Assembly (NCBI GenBank): GCA_043812935.1
Contig: JBDRLO010000040.1
Coordinates: 7,779-71,778 of the forward strand
DNA length: 64,000 nucleotides
From: Candidatus Omnitrophota bacterium
Lineage (GTDB): Bacteria > Omnitrophota > Gorgyraeia > Tantalellales > Tantalellaceae
Reading direction: 5' to 3'
Part shown: positions 56,182-64,000 of the stretch, piece by piece
How positions within the stretch are numbered: position 1 is the first letter of the stretch
How the letters are laid out: every line of letters starts with the position of its first letter
Translations under genes and position numbers: made by a program
The notes under the pieces: generated by a model
Databases searched by the model: none
The model's input: only the letters and a program-made list of their open reading frames with translations
What the model was told of the DNA's origin: nothing

Positions 56182-56259
56182 TCATATCCTGGACAAGATA
56201 GAACAACCTTCTTTGCAGTGCGCAACAGGGCGCAGCATATACCTCACTATAACTTTCAT
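56182..56259 (-). CDS. 25-codon ORF with a strong SD (leader peptide or small Cys-containing protein)
   Basis: AAAAGGAGGAGCAAATG, then MKVIVRYMLRPVAHCKEGCSILSRI. It lies between a REP and the terminator hairpin. Confidence 0.4.
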   Translation of the reverse strand: MKVIVRYMLRPVAHCKEGCSILSRI

Positions 56260-56304
56260 TTGCTCCTCCTTTTAATGAGACCATAACGTACACGACTGTA
56301 CGCC

Positions 56305-56329
56305 GTAGGGGCGAGGCATGCCTCGCCCC
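56305..56329 (+). repeat. REP-like palindrome
   Basis: GTAGGGGCGAGGCATGCCTCGCCCC. Confidence 0.8.
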
Positions 56330-56479
56330 TATATGGTCGAATTAACCTCAACCCCCTTTTATGGGATGAGAGGTTATATGCTTTTTTTATAGCTTCCCTT
56401 TCTTAAGAGATACTGATTTAAAAAGCTTTGTCAAGTCTAGCGGTAATATTAATAATAAAAAAAGAGGGTGGGGACAGCT

Positions 56480-56528
56480 AAAAAACAACAGCTGCCATTT
56501 AATTGTTTTTCAATTAAATGGCAGCTGT
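56480..56528 (-). terminator. Rho-independent terminator of gdhA
   Basis: 18-bp stem ACAGCTGCCATTTAATTG / CAATTAAATGGCAGCTGT with a 5-nt loop, then UGUUUUUU on the minus strand. Confidence 0.85.
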
Positions 56529-56555
56529 ACCTGTTTTAGCACTCAATACAAAAGT

Positions 56556-57905
<1,350 letters not shown>

Positions 57906-57941
57906 TTACCTCCAGTTTTGCAATTTTATTTTTCCTGCCAT

Positions 57942-57995
57942 AAAACAAAAAAGGCGTTCTTTCTCCTATATCAAGAAAGAACACCTTTGTTCTTT
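57942..57995 (-). promoter_or_regulatory. terminator with competing upstream hairpin in the gdhA leader (attenuator candidate)
   Basis: RNA AAAGAACA-AAGG-UGUUCUUUCU-UGAUAUAGG-AGAAAGAACGCC-UUUUUUGUUUU. The 12-bp terminator stem (GGUGUUCUUUCU/AGAAAGAACGCC) shares its left arm with an 8-bp alternative hairpin. Confidence 0.5.
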
Positions 57996-58060
57996 AGCAT
58001 CAATCTGCCTTGGCTGCTCCTGTTGCAGCAAAGGCATTATCCCTTATGCCGCTATTTAAG

Positions 58061-58429
58061 TCAAGAAAAAAATACTTCTTCGTCTTTAACAGCCCATGGC
58101 GGATCCACAATACACAAAAATACTAATTTTTCTTCGCCAATATTTTCAATAAACTGTACTGCCTGCGGCGGAATGTAAACAACCGATTCTGCCCTGACTT
58201 TTTGAGATTCGTCATTTATATGCATTAGCCCTTTTCCGGATAAAATATAGTATACCTCCGATGCCTTTTTAAGCTTATGTTTGGTCGATTTCTCTCCTGG
58301 CCCAAGAACCGCATGAGCCAAGCTATAGCGTATACTTAAATTTTCTTTATCCGGATGTAAAATTTCACGTAAAACTGTTTTGTCGCCCGCAACAAACTCT
58401 TCACATTTTGATAATTGTTTTATCATCAT
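58061..58429 (-). CDS. cupin-domain protein
   Basis: 122 aa with a small beta-barrel pattern (HKLKKASEVYYILSGKGLMHINDE...VYIPPQAVQFIEN). Confidence 0.65.
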   Translation of the reverse strand: MMIKQLSKCEEFVAGDKTVLREILHPDKENLSIRYSLAHAVLGPGEKSTKHKLKKASEVYYILSGKGLMHINDESQKVRAESVVYIPPQAVQFIENIGEEKLVFLCIVDPPWAVKDEEVFFS

Positions 58430-58441
58430 AATTCCAACTTT

Positions 58442-59752
58442 TTATAATGAAAATAAAAGGGTTTTTCCTGTAAAAAAAACTCCCGCGACACAAGCTGTCA
58501 TTAAACAAGCCAAAGTAGCGCCTAATAACGCTCTTAATCCTAAACTTCCTAAGATACGTGTTTTTTCAGGAACAATAGCAACAATCCCTCCGATAAATAT
58601 TGCCAACGAAGCTATATGCGCAAAACCGCATAAAGCATAAGTGGCAAGAACGGCTGAACGTGGATGAGCCAAAAGACCTTCTTTCAATATTCCCGCAAGA
58701 TCCTGATAAGCTACAACCTCTGTAAGAATAGTTCTTTCTCCTATAATTTGAGAAATAATCCCGGCATCTTCTACCGGAACCCCTATTATTAAAGTAAATG
58801 GATAAAAAATGTAACCTAAAATATTTTTTAAAGACCAATCAAATTGACAATTAAAAAAAACGTTAATCTTGCTGCCGATTCCACCCAAGAAAAGGTCAAA
58901 TAAGGCAACAAGACCTAAAACCGCTAAAAGTAAAGCCGCGATACCAAATATCATTTTTATTCCGCTATTCGCCCCATTAATTATAGATTCAAACAAATTA
59001 TTTTCCTTTTCATAATGCGCCTTTACATTTCCACTTATTGTTACAGGAACTTCGGATTCAGGCATAATAAGCTTTGACATAACAATTGCCGCGGGAACGG
59101 ATAATAATGACGCGGAAATTAGATGTCCCGCAATAGTCGGAAAATGGGTTTTTAAACTAAATACGTACACAGCTAAAATATTGGATGCCACTGTTGCCAT
59201 CCCACAGGTTAAAACAGTACATAATTCTGAAGAAGTCATAGTTCCTAAATAAGGCTTCGCCGTAAGAGCGGATTCTACTCCCACAAAGATATTACTCGAA
59301 GCAACTAGCGATTCCGCGCCCGAAATTTTCATTAATCTTGTAAAAACACGGGAAAATAGTCCTATAATTTTAGGCATTATTCCACAAAAATACAGAATTG
59401 ACATCATCGCCGAAAAAAACACTATCGTAGGCAACGCTTGAAACGCAAGAATAAACCCTAACGAAGTTTCTCCGTTAGCACCAGTCATGCCCGGCGCTAA
59501 ACTCAACCTTCCGAAAAGAAACTTTGTACCAGCCATAGCCGAATCTAAACCTTTTACGACTACCCCGTTAATGATTAAAAACACCTTTTCACCTACCGGG
59601 ACAATAAAAATAAATACTGCTATAAAAACTTGAATAGCAATACCCCAAATAACAACTTTCCAGTTTATATTCCGTTTATCCGGTGAAAAACTCCATGCAA
59701 AAACTAAAAGAATAAAAATCCCTGCCAAACTAACAAAATTATACACATCCAT
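58442..59752 (-). CDS. nupC: NupC/NupG-family concentrative nucleoside transporter
   Basis: 436-aa polytopic protein with CNT-type motifs (GTKFLFG, GFILAFQALPTIVFFSA, LCGFAHIASL). Confidence 0.82.
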   Translation of the reverse strand: MDVYNFVSLAGIFILLVFAWSFSPDKRNINWKVVIWGIAIQVFIAVFIFIVPVGEKVFLIINGVVVKGLDSAMAGTKFLFGRLSLAPGMTGANGETSLGFILAFQALPTIVFFSAMMSILYFCGIMPKIIGLFSRVFTRLMKISGAESLVASSNIFVGVESALTAKPYLGTMTSSELCTVLTCGMATVASNILAVYVFSLKTHFPTIAGHLISASLLSVPAAIVMSKLIMPESEVPVTISGNVKAHYEKENNLFESIINGANSGIKMIFGIAALLLAVLGLVALFDLFLGGIGSKINVFFNCQFDWSLKNILGYIFYPFTLIIGVPVEDAGIISQIIGERTILTEVVAYQDLAGILKEGLLAHPRSAVLATYALCGFAHIASLAIFIGGIVAIVPEKTRILGSLGLRALLGATLACLMTACVAGVFFTGKTLLFSL

Positions 59753-59792
59753 TTGTATTTTATCTCTTTATTTGTACTCTGCCACGTGTTAC

Positions 59793-59902
59793 GGACAGGC
59801 ACAGGAGCCCTATACCACGCAGGGTATAGGGCAAGACCTGTCCCTACCGGCAAACCAACCAGCAAAACAGCAAACCGGCTAACTGGCCAACCGGCTAACC
59901 AA
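59793..59902 (-). repeat. composite post-stop element: seven 8-nt units plus nested-hairpin REP
   Basis: Minus strand after the stop: TTGGTTAG CCGGTTGG CCAGTTAG CCGGTTTG CTGTTTTG CTGGTTGG TTTGCCGG TAGGGACAGGtcttgCCCTATACCctgcgtGGTATAGGGctcctgtgCCTGTCC. Confidence 0.85.
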
Positions 59903-62900
59903 TCACCCCGCCACCTTCACTCCGTTACGGCCGCTTTCTTTAACGTCATATAACGCTTTATCCGCTTCTTCCAAAAGTTTTATCCGGTCTGTGCCGTCTT
60001 CCAGTTCTGAAATGCCTATACTTACCGTCACTTTTAATTCTTCTTCTCCGCTCCGGCCCGCGTATTTCACCTTATGTATTTCAACTGCCCGTCTTATACG
60101 GTCAGCAATCCTTCGGCTGGCCTCTTTTCCGGTTTCCGGCATTACTGCCACAAATTCATCTCCACCGTATCTCGCGGACAAATCGCTTTTTCTCAAGTTG
60201 TTCATAATCAAATCAGATACGCTTCTTATAACCAAATCTCCCACTTGATGCCCATACCGGTCATTAAAATCTTTAAAATGATCTATATCTATCATCATTA
60301 CACTTAATCGTTTTCCATATCTTTTTGCCTGTTCAACGCTTTTCATTAAATAGTTTTCAAAAAATACGTGGTTATATAATCCCGTCAATCCGTCCGTAAC
60401 GGCTCTCTTATATAATCTCGCGTTTTCGATTGATACTCCTGCCTGGCTTGCAATTAAATGCAGCACCCATAAATCTTCCCGGGTAAATAGCCCCTTAACT
60501 AAATGGTTATCAAGATATATTACTCCTATCATTTCTCTTCTGGCTTTTATGGGCACGCATAATACCGACCTCAATCCTGACCTGACTACACTTACTTTAT
60601 TCTTCAGCTCTTCATCTGCTGACGCGTCTTCTATTATCACAGCTTCTTTTTGCCTCTCCACGCGTTCTATAACACTTCGGCTCACCTCAAAAGAGTCAGC
60701 ATTATGCCTTTCTGATTCTATATTTTTTACTACTTTTATATCTAATTCCCGTTTCGCTGTTTTTTCTTCGGGATACATTAAAAGTATCCCCCGTTCCGCG
60801 CCCACCAACTCAATTGTCTTCTCCATTATCTTCTCTAAAAGCTCATCCATATCCAACACAGAACTGATATACCTGCTTGTATCCAATACGGCTATCATTT
60901 TTCGTTCAGTTTCCAACTTCTCCTGCTGTGTTAACGCTTTCTGTTCTTCTATTATTACTTCTTCTTTTGTGCCTAAAAACACCTGTGTTTTATCTTCATA
61001 AAGTTTCGCTCCGATTTCTTTGAATATATCGTAAGCTTCCCTAACTCGGGTTCTTGACTCGTCTTCCCTCCCAACCTTTTTCAAAAACCTGCCGTACTCA
61101 TACATGGTTCTTGCTTCTTCAAATCTACGTCCAATACGACTCGTATGCGCGATACTTTTTAGAAAATAGTTTTCTGCCGTCCGGTTTTTTTCGAGTAACG
61201 AATAATACTCTCCTGCGGCTCTTAACGCGCCGCCATAATGGTTTATCCATTTACTGGTTTTCCGTAACGCAGCTTCAACTGCTTTTTTAATTTTTCTTAA
61301 TTGTTCTTTCGGATCTTGTCCGGTGCTATTTTTATACTGTTCTATATATGCTTCCGCTAAATAAACATAAAGATACGTTGTATAATTTTTAAGAAAATTA
61401 TTTTCCTCCCTTAATTTTCTGCCTTTTTCCAATAATTCTATTGCTTTTTCCCAATTACCTGCCATGTATTCCGCGTATCCCAAATTAATGGCAGTGAAAC
61501 AAAATATAAACCAGATTTTTTCCGTACGGCTCAATTCAAGAGCTTTTTCACCATATTCCCGAGATTTTTGGATATCCCCTTTCTCCGCGTAAATAAGGCA
61601 TAACCAGCCTTGAGCATCGCTAATACCATAATTATCGTTTGTTTTATAGACTTCTCTGAAAAATTCCAGAAAAACAAGCAATGCCTTATCATGCAAACCG
61701 TTAAAAAAATAACTATGCCCCAGGCCCTGAACTGCTAAACTCAATTCCCACATATCTCCGATCTTTTTAAAAATATCCCTGCTTTCCTGAAAATACCTGC
61801 AGCTTTTCCGGTATTCCCCTGTCCATTGAAACAAATAACCCATAAACCTTAACGACTGTCCCAGACCTCTTTCATCTCTCATTTCTTTGGCAATAGCTAA
61901 AGCTTTTTTCTGATAACGCATAGCACGTTTAAAAAACGGAATCGTTGAGCAAGCCGCGGAATAGAAACTGATACTTGTCTGCAAGAGTGATGATTTAAAA
62001 AGTTTTGCTTCACTCAGGTTAAGAACTCTTAAAACCACCCATAAAAGACGCGTTATATCGCTGAAAACATATGTCCAGCCCAAAGCTATGTATCCTTTAA
62101 GTGTTTCTATATATTTTTCCTGAACAATTTTGTCTTTTTTCGAAACAAAAACTATGGGGAAAACACAATGAAGAATATGAACAAACAATTCTTTCGCCAA
62201 AAAACCCATCAACATAGATTCAGTAACGGGAAGTTTTTCGCCTAAATAAGAAAACCCTGCCGCAATATTTTTCTCGCAATTCTCCCAATCACCTTTTTTC
62301 CAATAAGCTTCACCGATTCTTCGATAAATAGTATTCTTTTCCAAAGGGTTTGTTTTAAGAGGCAATATCTGTTTAGAAATATTAATAGCTTCATCATTTT
62401 TTCCGATAATTAAATAAACTTCAGTTAGGCCCTCTTTCGCTTTTATCCATTTAGCCTGGCCCTCTAATTTTTTTTCTTCTAAAATTTTTAATACGATTTG
62501 ATAATATTTTATCGCCTCTTCATTTGCATAATCTTCTTTAGCTTTTTCGGCTGCCGGCAAACAATACTCCAGCATTTTTTCATTATCGCCGCCTTCAACA
62601 TAATGATGCGTCAAATCAAACAAAATCTCTTCTTTGTCTCCTCTGTGTAATTTTTCCAGAACTTTTGCCACTTTTAAATGCAATTCTCTTTTTTTTCTGT
62701 CGCCTATTTCTTTATAAAAAGCGTCTTTTATCCTGTCATGCACAAAAAGTATCTCGCCGCGCCATGTACTTTTCTCCAAAAGCTGCAATTCTACTGCTTT
62801 ATCCACCAATGTTATTATTTCTTCCATGGGTTTCCCTATCAGCGCATACAAAAGTTCCATCTTAAATTTTCTACCGATTACCGCGGCCGCTGACAATAAC

Positions 62901-64000
62901 TCTATCTGATCTTCGCTTATCAGTTCGATCCTTTTAAGTAACACCTCCACTATTGTTTTGGGAATTGCTATAACCGAGAGTTTCTTGAGATCCACATGCC
63001 ATTTACCGGTTTTATTCCCTAAAGCTTTTTCTTCGACCAATTGTCTTACGATTTCTATGCTAAAAAACGGATTCCCCTTGCTTTTACCGTGAATATACCG
63101 GCTTAAATCATACATTTTGCTCTCTTCTTCCAGCAAAAGCTCACTTACGAAATAATTTAATTTTGGTAAATCAAAATTCTTTAGGGCTATTTCTTCGACC
63201 GGCAAGTTTCTTTCTTCCGAATTCTTTAACAATTCGTTTAAGCTGTCCCCTTCTTTTACTTCATTATCCCGATAGGTACCTAAAATTAAAACCGGTTTAT
63301 TTCTTATTCCTTCAGCCATTTTCCCCAAAAGTTTTACGGAACCTTCATCCGCCCATTGCAAATCATCCAGTACCAGTACTACTGGTTTACCTTTTTCTCC
63401 TAATTCCAGAAAAAAACCTGCCGTAACCATTAAAAACCGTTGATTCTCCCGTTCAGGATCCAATTCTATCAGTTTCGGCATTTCTCCCAAAATATCCCGC
63501 ATCACAGGATTCAACCGGCAGACTATCTCTCCCAATTCTCCTACACTTAGCCTCATCTGTTCTTTTCGTAAATTTCTCTCTTGTTTTTGCAATCGCCCTG
63601 TGCGGGTTATATATTCGTTCAGCGCTTCCTTAAAAACCTGATACGGGATCTTATTTTCCTGCGCAAAACATTTTCCGCCGACAAACTCTCCGCCTTCTTC
63701 ATATACATACCCTCTAAGTTCATCCACCAAACGGCTTTTTCCTCTGCCGGCTTCTCCTGTTACAAAACATATTTTTCCCCTGCCGATTTTAGCTTCTTCA
63801 TACAGCGCTTTTAATCGGTTCAACTCTTCCTCTCGCCCGATTAACTTTGTCCTGTACGTAAGTTTCGTCAAGCGGTCTTCTCTTCCTAATATAAAATCTT
63901 TTTCTCCTCTTTTATACAATTCTAAATCCGCTATTAATCCTTTTGCCGTTTGATACCTCTCCTCTGGGTCCTTTTTTAATAGTTTTAGCACTATTCTTTC
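59903..64000 (-). CDS. giant signalling protein (partial, N-terminus beyond the window): Ser/Thr-kinase tail, AAA_16/STAND ATPase, TPR-like array, GAF, GGDEF diguanylate cyclase
   Basis: DPEERYQTAKGLIADL (end of the kinase domain; frame open to base 64000). Walker A GEAGRGKSRLV and Walker B VLVLDDLQWAD. GAF region; GGDEF site RYGGDEFV with a preceding RxxD-like motif. Confidence 0.85.
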   Translation of the reverse strand, partial: ERIVLKLLKKDPEERYQTAKGLIADLELYKRGEKDFILGREDRLTKLTYRTKLIGREEELNRLKALYEEAKIGRGKICFVTGEAGRGKSRLVDELRGYVYEEGGEFVGGKCFAQENKIPYQVFKEALNEYITRTGRLQKQERNLRKEQMRLSVGELGEIVCRLNPVMRDILGEMPKLIELDPERENQRFLMVTAGFFLELGEKGKPVVLVLDDLQWADEGSVKLLGKMAEGIRNKPVLILGTYRDNEVKEGDSLNELLKNSEERNLPVEEIALKNFDLPKLNYFVSELLLEEESKMYDLSRYIHGKSKGNPFFSIEIVRQLVEEKALGNKTGKWHVDLKKLSVIAIPKTIVEVLLKRIELISEDQIELLSAAAVIGRKFKMELLYALIGKPMEEIITLVDKAVELQLLEKSTWRGEILFVHDRIKDAFYKEIGDRKKRELHLKVAKVLEKLHRGDKEEILFDLTHHYVEGGDNEKMLEYCLPAAEKAKEDYANEEAIKYYQIVLKILEEKKLEGQAKWIKAKEGLTEVYLIIGKNDEAINISKQILPLKTNPLEKNTIYRRIGEAYWKKGDWENCEKNIAAGFSYLGEKLPVTESMLMGFLAKELFVHILHCVFPIVFVSKKDKIVQEKYIETLKGYIALGWTYVFSDITRLLWVVLRVLNLSEAKLFKSSLLQTSISFYSAACSTIPFFKRAMRYQKKALAIAKEMRDERGLGQSLRFMGYLFQWTGEYRKSCRYFQESRDIFKKIGDMWELSLAVQGLGHSYFFNGLHDKALLVFLEFFREVYKTNDNYGISDAQGWLCLIYAEKGDIQKSREYGEKALELSRTEKIWFIFCFTAINLGYAEYMAGNWEKAIELLEKGRKLREENNFLKNYTTYLYVYLAEAYIEQYKNSTGQDPKEQLRKIKKAVEAALRKTSKWINHYGGALRAAGEYYSLLEKNRTAENYFLKSIAHTSRIGRRFEEARTMYEYGRFLKKVGREDESRTRVREAYDIFKEIGAKLYEDKTQVFLGTKEEVIIEEQKALTQQEKLETERKMIAVLDTSRYISSVLDMDELLEKIMEKTIELVGAERGILLMYPEEKTAKRELDIKVVKNIESERHNADSFEVSRSVIERVERQKEAVIIEDASADEELKNKVSVVRSGLRSVLCVPIKARREMIGVIYLDNHLVKGLFTREDLWVLHLIASQAGVSIENARLYKRAVTDGLTGLYNHVFFENYLMKSVEQAKRYGKRLSVMMIDIDHFKDFNDRYGHQVGDLVIRSVSDLIMNNLRKSDLSARYGGDEFVAVMPETGKEASRRIADRIRRAVEIHKVKYAGRSGEEELKVTVSIGISELEDGTDRIKLLEEADKALYDVKESGRNGVKVAG

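Noticed and set aside
56390-56460. PerR/Fur-type box in the AT-rich stretch TAATATTAATAATAA upstream of the rubredoxin leader
   Set aside because: It is not a true 7-1-7 inverted repeat and matches the TTATAATNATTATAA consensus poorly. It is indistinguishable from background AT-rich sequence.
57996-58040. Sigma-54 promoter (GG-N10-GC) upstream of gdhA at AAGGCAGATTGATGCT
   Set aside because: GG-to-GC spacing is one nucleotide short of the consensus, and the flanking bases fit poorly.

Overview
AT-rich 64-kb chromosomal window from what looks like an anaerobic, diderm, probably uncultivated bacterium (Mla lipid transporter, L,D-transpeptidase, desulfoferrodoxin/rubrerythrin/rubredoxin). It holds about 60 protein genes, most on the minus strand, plus a divergent tRNA-Leu(CAA)/tRNA-Ala(GGC) pair. 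Content: housekeeping metabolism (gpmI, accA, folE, mnmE, folC, purH, mgtE, era, glgP, ispH, pabA/pabB, fba, gdhA); a partner-switching module (CHASE2-PP2C phosphatase, STAS protein, RsbW-like kinase) wrapped around mlaE/F/D; a glycoside-metabolism cluster with an unusual Udk-like::SPS-like fusion; a roughly 7.5-kb single-strand oxidative-stress supercluster; and a partial giant kinase-AAA-TPR-GAF-GGDEF protein. Main non-standard signals: (1) a family of GC-rich, GTAG-headed REP-like palindromes, often preceded by 8-nt-periodic GGTTAGCC arrays directly after stop codons, together with two decayed RAYT (REP-associated Y1 transposase) relics, one carrying a REP inserted in frame; (2) a diverged 1.6-kb tandem duplication of the 3-prime two thirds of a UvrD/PcrA helicase gene, flanked by two large signal-peptide proteins of unknown function; (3) an orphan SIR2_2 gene next to the tRNAs, bracketed by inverted hairpin repeats; (4) terminator-containing leaders upstream of rubredoxin and gdhA; (5) four conserved genes each broken by one extra base in a homopolymer, which I suspect is technical. 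No CRISPR array, rRNA or intact transposase was seen. All homology statements come from motif recognition by eye, not database searches.
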